Below are positions 38,432-48,230 of a DNA stretch of 64,000 nt, piece after piece. A program made the position numbers and the translations under genes. The notes below the pieces were generated by a model, which saw nothing but the letters and a program-made list of their open reading frames with translations, ran no database searches and was not told the origin of the DNA. This stretch comes from a bacterium (GTDB lineage Bacteria > RBG-13-61-14 > DATKZS01): NCBI GenBank assembly GCA_963674965.2, contig CAXXFL010000006.1, forward strand, positions 160,001-224,000. The letters run 5' to 3'. Every line of letters begins with the position of its first letter. The first letter of the stretch is position 1.

Positions 38432-40594
38432 TTATCCCGTGACCCGAATGACCTCCTCGAGCGAGGTTATCCCCATGGACGCCTTGGTCAGGCCGTCGCG
38501 GCGGAGCGTGGACATTTCCAGGCTCTCGATGGCGTAGTTCCGCAGGTCGTCCACCCCGGCCCCGCCGATGATCATCTTGCGGATGACCGGGTCCATGACC
38601 AGAATCTCCATGGCCCCGGCCCGTCCCTTATACCCGGTCCCGTTGCATCTCTCGCACCCGACGGGTTCCCAGAACTCGGACCCCGCCTCCGGCTGGAAGC
38701 CGTACTTTTGCAGTTTTTCCTCGTCGATCTCGGCCGGCTTTTTACAGAAGGTGCAGAGCTTTCGAAGGAGTCTTTGCGCCTGCACCATCTCGAGGGCGGA
38801 GGCCACGAGGAAGGAGTCGATGCCCATGTCCACCAGCCTGACGATGGTGGAGGGCGAGTCGTTGGTGTGCAGGGTCGAGAGCACCAGGTGGCCGGTAAGG
38901 GCGGCCTTGATGGCGATGTCGGCGGTTTCGAGGTCCCTGATTTCTCCCACCATGACGATGTCGGGGTCCTGCCTCAATATCGAGCGCAGGGCCGCGGGAA
39001 AGGTGAGGCCCGCGTCCACGTTAACCTGCACCTGGGTAATGCGGTGGAGCTCGTTCTCGATGGGGTCCTCGACGGTGATGATGTTCTTGTTCGGCTCGTT
39101 CAGCGCCTGGAGGGCTGAGTACAGGGTGGTGGTCTTGCCCGAGCCGGTGGGACCGGTGACGAGCAGTATTCCGTATGGTTTTCGGATGCTTTCCTCGAAG
39201 AGCCGCAGGGAGGCGCCCATCAGTCCCAGCGACTCGAAGTCCAGGGACATGGCGCTGTTGTCGACAATCCTGATCACCACTTTCTCGCCGTAGCGGGAAG
39301 GCAAGGTGGAGACACGGAGGTCCACGGTGCGTCCCTTGAAGGTGATCCGTATTCTTCCGTCCTGGGGTATTCTCCTGTTGGCGATATCGAGTTCCGCCAT
39401 GATCTTGAATCGGGAAACGACGGCGGCGGCCATGTTCTTGGGGACGGGGTCCATCTCGTTGAGCATGCCGTCGATCCGGTATCTGATTCCCAGGCAGTGC
39501 CGGCGCGGCTCGACGTGGAGGTCCGAGGCCCCCATGGCCACGGCCCTGGCCAGTATCTCGTTGGCCTTTTTGACCACTGGCGGCTCGTCCGCCCCCTCGG
39601 CCAGGACGCGCTCGTCAAGGTGGTCATCCGTCTCGGCCCGGACGGTCTTGAGCTCGGCCGCGGCCTGGAGGTCGGCCTTATCGGCCGCGGGGGCCTTCCG
39701 GATCAGGGTGACCTCGTCCTCGGACTTGTCGCCGAAAAGAGGAACGATGTTTTCGGGCTCGGTCACCACCACCCTGAACTCCCGGCCCTGCTCGGAAAAG
39801 CGGTTGAGCGCGTCGGTAAGCTGGAGGTCGAAGGGGTTGGAGAGGGCAAAGGAAGTGTCGTGGGCCGCGTCGCAAAGCGCCACCACCAGGTTCGACCGGC
39901 AAAAGCGGGTGGGCAACACGCCCAGCTTGACGTCCTTGGGATTGACGTAGGACAAATAGGGGAGCTTTTTGAAGTCGGCCAGAAGCTGGGCCGCGGCGGA
40001 GGTCTTAACCTCCAGCTCCCGGCAAACGTCGTAAAGACGCCTGGGAGCTGCGGCCTCGAGCTTCTTCCTGCCCTCCCCCTCCAGGCCCATCTGGGCCGCG
40101 AGAAAGGCCTTGAACTGGCCGAAGTCCCGCGCCCCGCCCGGGCGCTCCGGCGCGGCCTCGGGGACTTCATCCTTCACCCCGAGCTCCTCCCACTGGCTGC
40201 TGGTGCTGAGGTGGGACTTGATCTTCTCGAGAAGGTTGTCCTTTTTAATGGGTTTGACCAGGTAGTCGGCCGCGCCCACGGCGAAGGCCTTGGCCTTGTC
40301 CCGCTCCTCGCCCAGGGCCGTGGCGAAGATGACGGGTATATAGGCCGCCTCGTCGTTTTCCTGTATCTTGGCGCAGACCTCGTAGCCGGTCATGCCCGGC
40401 ATCATGACGTCGAGGAGGATAAGGTCCGGCTTGATGGTCTTCAGTTTTTCAAGTGCCTCCTCGCCGCTTGCCGCGAACTCGACGCCGTAGCCGCCCTTTT
40501 TAAGGTAGAGCTCGATGATCTTCTGAATCCGTTTATCGTCGTCAACCGACAGCACCAGGGGCTTTCGGTCCTTATCCGCCGTATTCTCGGACAT
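38432..40594 (-). CDS. PilB/GspE-family assembly ATPase with N-terminal receiver domain
   Basis: REC (VDDD, LLDVMMP, KP); ASDLHVEP, RYRIDG, PQDGR, GPTGSGKTTT, EDPIE, LRQDPD..VGEIRD, GHLVLSTLH, CxxC/CxxC. Confidence 0.92.
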   Translation of the reverse strand: MSENTADKDRKPLVLSVDDDKRIQKIIELYLKKGGYGVEFAASGEEALEKLKTIKPDLILLDVMMPGMTGYEVCAKIQENDEAAYIPVIFATALGEERDKAKAFAVGAADYLVKPIKKDNLLEKIKSHLSTSSQWEELGVKDEVPEAAPERPGGARDFGQFKAFLAAQMGLEGEGRKKLEAAAPRRLYDVCRELEVKTSAAAQLLADFKKLPYLSYVNPKDVKLGVLPTRFCRSNLVVALCDAAHDTSFALSNPFDLQLTDALNRFSEQGREFRVVVTEPENIVPLFGDKSEDEVTLIRKAPAADKADLQAAAELKTVRAETDDHLDERVLAEGADEPPVVKKANEILARAVAMGASDLHVEPRRHCLGIRYRIDGMLNEMDPVPKNMAAAVVSRFKIMAELDIANRRIPQDGRIRITFKGRTVDLRVSTLPSRYGEKVVIRIVDNSAMSLDFESLGLMGASLRLFEESIRKPYGILLVTGPTGSGKTTTLYSALQALNEPNKNIITVEDPIENELHRITQVQVNVDAGLTFPAALRSILRQDPDIVMVGEIRDLETADIAIKAALTGHLVLSTLHTNDSPSTIVRLVDMGIDSFLVASALEMVQAQRLLRKLCTFCKKPAEIDEEKLQKYGFQPEAGSEFWEPVGCERCNGTGYKGRAGAMEILVMDPVIRKMIIGGAGVDDLRNYAIESLEMSTLRRDGLTKASMGITSLEEVIRVTG

Positions 40595-40625
40595 GGGTCC
40601 TCCTTGCTTTGGGTCCCAAAGGGCT

Positions 40626-40931
40626 TTATTCGTACGCTATCTCCACCCGGGCCAGGTAATCCTCGAGGCGGGCGACCAGGGCCGCCACTCCGTCGATGGA
40701 GCCGGTCTTGGCCAGGTTCTCGATCTTGGCCCCGATCTCGGAAATCTCGTCGAAGCCGTAGCCGCCACCGCTTCCCTTCAGGGAGTGGCCTATGGAGCGG
40801 GCCTTTCCCGCGTCTCCCGCTTCCACCGCCGCCTTGAGGCCTTCCACGTCGGCCAAGGTCATCTCCATGAAATCCGGTATCAGTTCCTCCAGGTCGGCGT
40901 CGACTATCACCTTGATTTTTTCTTCAGCCAT
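40626..40931 (-). CDS. Hpt phosphotransfer protein
   Basis: IGHSLKGSGGGYG (HxLKG), all-helical, about 100 aa. Confidence 0.88.
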   Translation of the reverse strand: MAEEKIKVIVDADLEELIPDFMEMTLADVEGLKAAVEAGDAGKARSIGHSLKGSGGGYGFDEISEIGAKIENLAKTGSIDGVAALVARLEDYLARVEIAYE

Positions 40932-40991
40932 TTCCTCTTCCATCCTCTCTCGATTTTTGCACAATCCCCCCTGGAACTCATTCTGGGCGAA

Positions 40992-42599
40992 TTACTCCAG
41001 GGCGAATTCCTCCAGGGCCTTCATCAAGCGGTCCTTTTTTATCGGCTTGGTCAAGTGTCCGTTGCAACCCGCGTCGAGGCTCTGGCGAAAGTGCTCGCCC
41101 ATAGCGTGGGCGGTTAAGGCGACGATGGGCGTGGACTTTTTATCGTTTTCCGCCTCCCATTGTCTGATGGTTTTGGTGGCGGTCAGTCCATCCATGACCG
41201 GCATCTGGATATCCATGAGGACGAGGTCGAAGCTCGAGGCCTTGAACTTGTCCACGGCGGCCTGGCCGTCCTCCGCCTCCTCCAGGGTATGGGCGGTCTT
41301 TTTCAGAAAGGCCTTGATCAGCATCCGGTTCTGGGGGGTGTCGTCCACGAGCAGGATGTGAAGCGGCCTCTCCTTGGGGCCGCTTCCCGCGGGGGAAGGC
41401 GGCGCGGCTTTTTCCGACGGCCCGGGAGAGGCGGCCTCGGCGGCCGGCCCCGCTTCTTCCTCACTCTTGGCGGCCACTTTCAATAGGGGCGTAAAGATGA
41501 AGCTCGATCCCTGGCCCACCTCGCTCTCGACCCAAATCCTTCCGCCCATGAGCTCGGCCAGTCTCTTGCAGATGGCCAGTCCCAGTCCAGTGCCCCCGTA
41601 CTTCCTGGTGGTCGAGGAGTCGGCCTGGCTGAATTTATCGAAGATGGCTTCCAGCCTGTCCGCCGGAATCCCGATGCCCGTGTCGGTCACGCTGATACGG
41701 AGGGCGCCGTCATCCTCCCTCTCCGGGTCCCTGGCGATGGAGACGGTTATGCCTCCCTTCTCGGTGAACTTGACCGCGTTTCCCACCAGGTTGATGATGA
41801 TCTGTCTGAGCCTGGTCGGGTCTCCCATGACTTTAGCGGGAAGTCCCTCGGCCATCTCGCATTTGAGGTCCAGGTTTTTTTCCTGGACCCTGACGTCCAT
41901 AATCCGGCAGGTCTTGTTGGCCAGGTCGGCCAGGTCGAACTCGATCTCCTCGAGCTCGAGGTGTCCGGCCTCGATTTTCGAGAGGTCCAAAACGTCGTTA
42001 ATAAGGGCCAGTAGCGTCTCGCCCGCGGACTTGAGCACGTTGGCGAACTCGCGCTGCTCGTCGTCGAGCCCGGTTTCCATGAGGAGCTCGCTCATTCCGA
42101 TGATGGCGTTCATGGGGGTCCGAATCTCGTGGCTCATGCTGGCCAGGAACTCGCTTTTGGCGTTCGAGGCGGCCAGGGCCTGCTCCCTAGCCCTGGAGAG
42201 GTCCTCTTGAAGCCTCTTGAGCTGCATCTGGGTCCGGGTCCGGGCCATGGCGATCTGGAAGTCCACCGGCTTGGTGACGTAGTCGTTGGCCCCAACTTGC
42301 AGGGCCTTGACCAGGTCGTCGGTCTCTCCCTTGGCCGTGACCATGATCACGGGCAGTTCCATGAGCGAGTAATCCTTGCGCAGGGTCTCGAGCACCTCGA
42401 TGCCGTCGATGCCCGGCATCATGACGTCGAGGAGGACCACGTCGTACTTTTCCGGCGCGATCATGTCGAGGGCCTCTTGACCGTCGACGGCTATGTCCAC
42501 CTCGTAGCCTCTTCTCTTGAAGCGGCGCGAGAGCATGTCGCGGTTCATCTCATTATCGTCGACGATGAGGATGTGGCCCTCTTCCTTGTCCCAGCTCAT
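40992..42599 (-). CDS. Cytoplasmic hybrid kinase REC-HisKA-HATPase-REC
   Basis: [41 protein letters not shown]. Confidence 0.92.
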   Translation of the reverse strand: MSWDKEEGHILIVDDNEMNRDMLSRRFKRRGYEVDIAVDGQEALDMIAPEKYDVVLLDVMMPGIDGIEVLETLRKDYSLMELPVIMVTAKGETDDLVKALQVGANDYVTKPVDFQIAMARTRTQMQLKRLQEDLSRAREQALAASNAKSEFLASMSHEIRTPMNAIIGMSELLMETGLDDEQREFANVLKSAGETLLALINDVLDLSKIEAGHLELEEIEFDLADLANKTCRIMDVRVQEKNLDLKCEMAEGLPAKVMGDPTRLRQIIINLVGNAVKFTEKGGITVSIARDPEREDDGALRISVTDTGIGIPADRLEAIFDKFSQADSSTTRKYGGTGLGLAICKRLAELMGGRIWVESEVGQGSSFIFTPLLKVAAKSEEEAGPAAEAASPGPSEKAAPPSPAGSGPKERPLHILLVDDTPQNRMLIKAFLKKTAHTLEEAEDGQAAVDKFKASSFDLVLMDIQMPVMDGLTATKTIRQWEAENDKKSTPIVALTAHAMGEHFRQSLDAGCNGHLTKPIKKDRLMKALEEFALE

Positions 42600-42600
42600 G

Positions 42601-42966
42601 TCAGTCTTCCAGGAATTCCCGCATTTTGGACATGAGCCTCTTGAAATCCACGGGCTTGGTGTCGTAGTCGTCGGCCCCGGCCTGGAGGGCCCTTTCGCGG
42701 TCCCCGGCCATGGCGTGGGCGGTAAGGGCGATGATGGGGATGGAACTGGTGGTCTCGTCGGCCTTGATCCTTTTGGTGGCCTCCCATCCGTCTATCTCGG
42801 GAAGGCTGAGGTCCATAAGGATCAGGTCCGGCTTTTCCGAGCCGGCCTTCTCGATGCCCTCCCTGCCGTCCGCGGCGCAGACCACCTCAAAGTTCTTACG
42901 GGTCAGGCGCCTCGAGAGCATGTCCCGGTTCATTTCATTGTCTTCAACGATAAGGATTTTTGTCAT
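42601..42966 (-). CDS. Single-domain response regulator (DivK-like)
   Basis: VEDNE, LMDLSLP, ALTAHAM, TKP. Confidence 0.92.
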   Translation of the reverse strand: MTKILIVEDNEMNRDMLSRRLTRKNFEVVCAADGREGIEKAGSEKPDLILMDLSLPEIDGWEATKRIKADETTSSIPIIALTAHAMAGDRERALQAGADDYDTKPVDFKRLMSKMREFLED

Positions 42967-42988
42967 GAGCTATACCTCCAGGTTGACG

Positions 42989-45109
42989 TCACTTAAGATG
43001 GGCGTAATCCCTTACCATTGCCTTCACTTCCCGCAGGAGATCATCCCGGCTGTAGGCCCCCTTCTGGATGATCTTCTTGACCCGGCCGTTCAAGAGGTCC
43101 CGCTCGTCGCCGGTGAGTTCCTTGGCCGTCACCACTATCACCGGTATCTCCTGCCAGCCGCGGTTTTTACGGAGTTCCTCCAGGAACTTGAAGCCGTCCA
43201 TCACCGGCATCATCAGGTCAAGAAGGATTACGTCGGGCGCGTCCTTTTCGATGAGCTCGAGCGCGACCTGGCCGTTCTCGGCCGTGTCAACGTCCCACCC
43301 GGCCTTCTCGATCATCCGGGCCATCATCTCGGCGGTGTCCTTGTCGTCCTCCACCACCAGGGCGAAGCCCTCCATGCCCGCCTTCTTGTACTTGGCCAGG
43401 TTGGCCAGCAGCCTTTCCTTGTCAACGGGCTTGACCATGTAGTCGGCCGCCCCCAGGGTGAAGCCCAGGTTCTGGTCGTCGATGATGGTCACCATGATGA
43501 CCGGGATGTCGGCTATCTCGGGGTCGGACTTGATGATCCGAAGGGCGGCCCAGCCGTCCATTTTCGGCATCATCACGTCCAGGGTGATGACCGTGGGCTT
43601 TATCTTTTTCGCCAGCTCGATGCCGCGCTCCGCGCCGCCCGCCGTGACCACCTCGAAGCCGTCCTTGGTAAGGTGTCTCTTCATGATGTCGTGAATGATG
43701 GGGTCGTCGTCTATGACCAGAACGACGTTTTCCCCCCTCGTCACGGGTTCCCTCTCGACCAGCACGGGCCGGGCCGGCTGGGCGGTCTTGCCCGCCTCGG
43801 CGTCGGCCTCCATGCGGGCCGGTATCTTCACGGTAAAGGTCGTGCCCTTGCCCTCCTCGCTCTCGACGTAAATGTCTCCTCCCATCATCTCGCAGAAGCG
43901 CTTGGTGATGGTCAGGCCCAGGCCGGTGCCGCCGAACTTCTTGGTGGTGGAGGCGTCGGCCTGAGTAAAGGGCTCGAATATCTTTTTCACCTGTTCTTCC
44001 GTCATGCCGATGCCGGTGTCGGTCACGCCAAGATAGGCCCATTCGACCTTGTCGTCCGACTCTTTCTTGACCTTCAAGGTGATCTTGCCGTTCTCGGTGA
44101 ACTTGGCCGCGTTGCTGATAAGGTTGAAAAGTACCTGCCTGACGCGGGTCATGTCCGCGGTTATGGTCCCCAGATCGTCGGGGCATTCCAGCGCCATCTC
44201 GTTGTAATTTTTCTCGACCAGGGGATGGGCCGTGGCCACGACCTCCTTGACCAGCTTGGGCAGGTCGAACTCCTCGATGAGCATCTCCATCCTGCCCGCC
44301 TCGATCTTGGAAAGGTCCAGGATGTCGTTTATTAGCGAGAGAAGGTGTTTTCCCGCGGCGTTGATCTTTTGCAGGTCGGGGATAAAGTCGTCCAGATCGA
44401 GGTCCTCGGCCTCCTCCTCGAGCATCTCGGAGTAGCCGATAATAGCGTTAAGGGGGGTCCTGAGCTCGTGGCTCATGTTGGCCAGAAAGGTGCTCTTGGC
44501 GCGGTTGGCGTTCTCGGCGGCGCGCATGGCGGCCTTGATTTCCTGTTCCGCCTTTTTACGCTGGGTGATGTCGATGGCGGCGCAAAGGAACCCGGTCACG
44601 GCCTTGCCCGCGCCGTAAAGGGCGGTGACGGAGAGGGAAACGGGAAACCTGGTCCCGTCCTTTTTGACGTAGGTCCATTCCCTTTCCTCGGCCATTTTCT
44701 GGCGGGCGTACTCGAGCAGGAGCTCGGGACCCTTGATCGGTTTGCCCACCCTCTCGCTCATCTCCCGGCATCTTTCCTCCAACTCCAGCCCGTGATGGAA
44801 ATCGGAGGGACGCTTGCCGTTCATGGCCTCCTCGGCGGAATAGCCCAGCATCCTTTCCGCCCCCCGGTTGAAGACCATGATTTTTCCGCTCGCGTCGGCG
44901 GCGATGATGGAAATCCTGGAGGCCGCGTTAAGCACGGCCTCCTGGAGCGCGCTCGACTCCTGAATCCTTTCCAGAAGGGTGACCGTTTCCTGGAACTGGT
45001 TGGTCACCAGGTCGGCCGTGATCTCGGCCGATTCCCGGGCCACTCTCACCTCGTTCCTTAGGACGGCGTTCTCCTCGACAAGTTGCTCCAAGTTCAAATG
45101 GCTGATCAT
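42989..45109 (-). CDS. Cytoplasmic hybrid kinase: helical N-terminus, PAS, HisKA, HATPase, REC, REC (candidate H2-sensor partner)
   Basis: FNRGAERMLGYS..KKDG..DITQRK (PAS); SHELRTPL; NAAKFT; GGTGLGL; TLDVMMP and LLDLMMP; ATGA overlap with the protease gene. Confidence 0.92.
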   Translation of the reverse strand: MISHLNLEQLVEENAVLRNEVRVARESAEITADLVTNQFQETVTLLERIQESSALQEAVLNAASRISIIAADASGKIMVFNRGAERMLGYSAEEAMNGKRPSDFHHGLELEERCREMSERVGKPIKGPELLLEYARQKMAEEREWTYVKKDGTRFPVSLSVTALYGAGKAVTGFLCAAIDITQRKKAEQEIKAAMRAAENANRAKSTFLANMSHELRTPLNAIIGYSEMLEEEAEDLDLDDFIPDLQKINAAGKHLLSLINDILDLSKIEAGRMEMLIEEFDLPKLVKEVVATAHPLVEKNYNEMALECPDDLGTITADMTRVRQVLFNLISNAAKFTENGKITLKVKKESDDKVEWAYLGVTDTGIGMTEEQVKKIFEPFTQADASTTKKFGGTGLGLTITKRFCEMMGGDIYVESEEGKGTTFTVKIPARMEADAEAGKTAQPARPVLVEREPVTRGENVVLVIDDDPIIHDIMKRHLTKDGFEVVTAGGAERGIELAKKIKPTVITLDVMMPKMDGWAALRIIKSDPEIADIPVIMVTIIDDQNLGFTLGAADYMVKPVDKERLLANLAKYKKAGMEGFALVVEDDKDTAEMMARMIEKAGWDVDTAENGQVALELIEKDAPDVILLDLMMPVMDGFKFLEELRKNRGWQEIPVIVVTAKELTGDERDLLNGRVKKIIQKGAYSRDDLLREVKAMVRDYAHLK

Positions 45110-45573
45110 CTTGGTCCCACCTCGACGTGTTTTTGGTTTGGTTTCTTCACGATCCCGCTCACGGCGGCCGCCAGGGCCGACCGTGCCAGGGACCTGGCCT
45201 TGTCCTGGTCGGCCGGTCCCTCCAGCCCGACCAGGACCAGCTCGGGCAAAGGTCCGTCCACCACCCGGGGAAGAACTTTCAACAAATAGGCCAGTCCGCC
45301 CCCGTGTCCATAGGCGGCGTCCACTCCGCCCGCGGCGGCCAGGGCGTCCATGACCACTTGCCCGCCCTCATCCGTAAAGCCCTTGACCGAGTCGACGAAC
45401 ACGACGCGGTCCGCGCTCTCGACCATGGGAAGAAGGTCGATGCCCGCCAGTCCGCCCTCGATCACCTCGACGCCGGGGGGGATTTCCATCCCGGCCAGGG
45501 CCTCGAGGGCCAAGGGACCGGCCGAGTCTTCCTGGGCGTAGCGGTTGCCCACGCATATAACGCGAGAGATCAT
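45106..45573 (-). CDS. Hydrogenase maturation protease (HupD/HycI family)
   Basis: CVGN....DSAG, IEGG, VVFVDS, H. Confidence 0.85.
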   Translation of the reverse strand: MISRVICVGNRYAQEDSAGPLALEALAGMEIPPGVEVIEGGLAGIDLLPMVESADRVVFVDSVKGFTDEGGQVVMDALAAAGGVDAAYGHGGGLAYLLKVLPRVVDGPLPELVLVGLEGPADQDKARSLARSALAAAVSGIVKKPNQKHVEVGPR

Positions 45574-47105
45574 AGGATCATCTTGCCCCTGGTTTTTCCC
45601 CTCTCCAGGGTATGCACGCAGCAGACCATGCAGGAGTCGAAGGACCTGATGACGTGTCCCACCTCGACGGGGTTGTCCACGTCCTTCACGCTCGCGCCGA
45701 TAAGGCTTTCCTCCCAGGGGCCCCGGACTTCGCCCTCGTCGCGGGGAGAGGCGTTCCAGGCCGTGGGAGTAATGATCTGGTAATGGCTGATTTGCCCGTC
45801 ACTGATTTTCACCCAGTGGCCGAGGGCCCCCCGCGCCGCCTCCACCAGCCCGAACCCCTGTCCGTCGGATATCTTGCCGGGATGAGAGTAAAAACCCTCG
45901 CCGTCGGTCTTGACCTCCGCGAGCCAGGCGTCGACGGCCGGTATTAAAAGAGAGGGCCTCACCAGCCGGGCCAGCTCGCGGGCGAACACGCTGGGGCCTT
46001 CCTTTTTGATTATGTCCGAGAAAAGAGGGTTTTCCGCGATCACGGCCTCGGCCAGGGGACCGGTCTCGGCGGGCCGGCCCTCGTAGCGGGGGGCCTTTGC
46101 CCAGGAGTACCTTTGCCCCTCGTGGCCCGAGGCATAGGGCTTGGTGTCCTCGTCAAAGGGGTGGTTGGCCTTCAGGGCTTCCTCGAACCAGGAATGGGTC
46201 ACGTCCTCGGTGACCTTGGACTGGTCGAACCAGCCGGGCCGGCTTCCCTCCGAGTAGCCCGCGGGAATAAAGGACGTGCCCTTGCCCATGGCCGCCACCG
46301 AGGTGTTGCGGGGCATCTCGAGACCGCCGAAGCTGATATAGTTGTTGTGGCCCCGGCCGATCTCGCTTAGTCCGGCCTCACGACAAAAGCGGATGAAAAA
46401 GCCCAGGTCCCCGTTCTTATGTTCCTCTTTCTCCTCGAGCCAGGCCGAAAGGTCGGCTAGACTTCGGACCTCGGACCACCGCTCGATCGTGCATCCCAGG
46501 ACCGAGCGCTCGAAATATTTGCGGAACCCCCGGAGGACGGAGCGGCACTGCAGCAGGTCTCCGGCGTTGGGCAGGGATACGATGCCGCCGGGGACCATGA
46601 AGGAGGTGTGGGGCCATTGTCCTCCTAATATGGCGATGATCTCGAGGAGCTTTTTCGATTCCTTGATGGCCTCGATCACCTTGGTCCCTTTAAAAGGCGC
46701 ATACTTGGCGACGGCCTCCTGGAAAAGGGAGAGCTTCTCGTAGGACTGGTTGGTGAAGTCGGCGAAGAACATAAGGATGCCATGCCTTATGTCGCTTTGC
46801 ATGTCCTCGCACATGAGGGCCACGTTCCGGACGCGGGTGGCGTTGTCCGGCGGCTGTATGCCCGCTATCATCTCGAGGGCCTGGGCCGCGGCGGTCAGGT
46901 GGCAGACGTTGCACAGTCCGCAGATTCGGGGCGTTATCACCAAGCCGTCCAGGGCCCCTCGTCCCTTCAGTATCTGCTCGAAGCCCCTGAACATGGTGCC
47001 CGAACTCCAGGAGTTCGTGACTATTCCGTCGGTTATTTCAACCTTTATTTCAAGGTCTCCCTCCACCCGGTTGAGCGGTATGGAACGTATGGTTTTGCTT
47101 GCCAT
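45570..47105 (-). CDS. [NiFe]-hydrogenase large subunit, group 2 sensory type (HupV-like, probably 2c)
   Basis: NRVEGD, FRGFE, L1 PRICGLCNVCH, GQWPH, YSWAKAPR, EAARG.LGHW, PTAWN, L2 SFDSCMVCCVH plus a 13-aa tail. Confidence 0.9.
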   Translation of the reverse strand: MASKTIRSIPLNRVEGDLEIKVEITDGIVTNSWSSGTMFRGFEQILKGRGALDGLVITPRICGLCNVCHLTAAAQALEMIAGIQPPDNATRVRNVALMCEDMQSDIRHGILMFFADFTNQSYEKLSLFQEAVAKYAPFKGTKVIEAIKESKKLLEIIAILGGQWPHTSFMVPGGIVSLPNAGDLLQCRSVLRGFRKYFERSVLGCTIERWSEVRSLADLSAWLEEKEEHKNGDLGFFIRFCREAGLSEIGRGHNNYISFGGLEMPRNTSVAAMGKGTSFIPAGYSEGSRPGWFDQSKVTEDVTHSWFEEALKANHPFDEDTKPYASGHEGQRYSWAKAPRYEGRPAETGPLAEAVIAENPLFSDIIKKEGPSVFARELARLVRPSLLIPAVDAWLAEVKTDGEGFYSHPGKISDGQGFGLVEAARGALGHWVKISDGQISHYQIITPTAWNASPRDEGEVRGPWEESLIGASVKDVDNPVEVGHVIRSFDSCMVCCVHTLERGKTRGKMIL

Positions 47106-47135
47106 TTGTATCTCCTTTGGCGGGACTTGGCGGGC

Positions 47136-48074
47136 CTAGATTTTCGTTTTGCGCTTTTTGAGTCTTTCCGGCGAGGCCGCGGCGGCCATGCTTTTGTAGG
47201 CCATGTAATGAGCGCGGTTCAGGCCCTCCGGAAGCTCGATGGGTATGCCCTCGATGTTGCGGGTCTCGAAGAACGGATAGGACTGGGGGAAGTCAGGGTT
47301 GGTGCAGCCGAAGCAGGGCACGCCCACCCGGGTCTTGCTCGAGCGGCGGTTCCACAGGAACTTGTTGCAGGGACCGTGGGCCAATGGGCCGTGGCATCCC
47401 ATATAGAAAAACAGGCAGCCCTTTTCGCCGAAGATTTTCTCCTCGATGCGATACTCGTGGTATTCGTTCCTGGTGCATCCCTGATGGACCATCATGCCGT
47501 ACCATTGCTCGGGGCGGTTGTACTCGTCAAGATCGAGCTTGACCCCGTTGGCCAGGGCGGTCAATGTTCCTCTGACCGCCTCGGGATGGACCGGACATCC
47601 GGGAAGGTTTATTACCGGTAGCCCGGCGGCGGAAACGAAATCGGAGCCCAGAAAACCTCCCTTTTCCTTTTTCAAAAACTGAAGGCCCGTGGCCTCGATC
47701 TCGCCGTCGGCCCCCACTCCTCCAAAAGCGGCGCAAGTGCCCATGGCGATTATAAATTTTGCTTTGTGACACAAGGCCGAAATCAAGTCCTTTTTCGGAC
47801 GGCCCTCGACGGTGTCGAACATTCCCGTGCCTCCGGGGCCACGGATTACCGATCCCTCCATCACCAGGATATCAAGGGGCGTTTCGCCGGAGATGATCTT
47901 CTCGTTCTGGCGGCGGTACTCCCGGATATTCTGCGGCGAGAGAGAAGGGTGCCATATCACCTGGACGTCCAACTCCTCCAAAAGCTCGGGAAGGTCGGGA
48001 GATTCCATGTTCAGGACCGACATGGAGTCGCCGTCGCACCCTCCTCCTACTATACAGTAAAGACTTAAAGACAT
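47136..48074 (-). CDS. [NiFe]-hydrogenase small subunit (HupU-like), no Tat signal
   Basis: GGCDGDSMS, WHPSLS, EGSV..GP.GTG, GTCAAFGG, NLPGCPVHP, HQGCTRNEY, GCLF..MGC.G, PCFGC. Confidence 0.9.
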   Translation of the reverse strand: MSLSLYCIVGGGCDGDSMSVLNMESPDLPELLEELDVQVIWHPSLSPQNIREYRRQNEKIISGETPLDILVMEGSVIRGPGGTGMFDTVEGRPKKDLISALCHKAKFIIAMGTCAAFGGVGADGEIEATGLQFLKKEKGGFLGSDFVSAAGLPVINLPGCPVHPEAVRGTLTALANGVKLDLDEYNRPEQWYGMMVHQGCTRNEYHEYRIEEKIFGEKGCLFFYMGCHGPLAHGPCNKFLWNRRSSKTRVGVPCFGCTNPDFPQSYPFFETRNIEGIPIELPEGLNRAHYMAYKSMAAAASPERLKKRKTKI

Positions 48075-48230
48075 TCGCTTTCCTCCGTGAAAGGGACGGA
48101 TTATTTAAAGCGTGGGTAAGAAAGTAATAGAAAGGACAAAAGGCATTTATAAACCTACGCTTTGATACAGGATAAGGAAGTTAGCACATGAAAATGCAAA
48201 ATTCAATCCAAATTTTCTAAAGCAAACGAC

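Noticed and set aside
45570-47105. [NiFeSe] hydrogenase
   Set aside because: The L2 motif is encoded by Cys codons with no in-frame TGA
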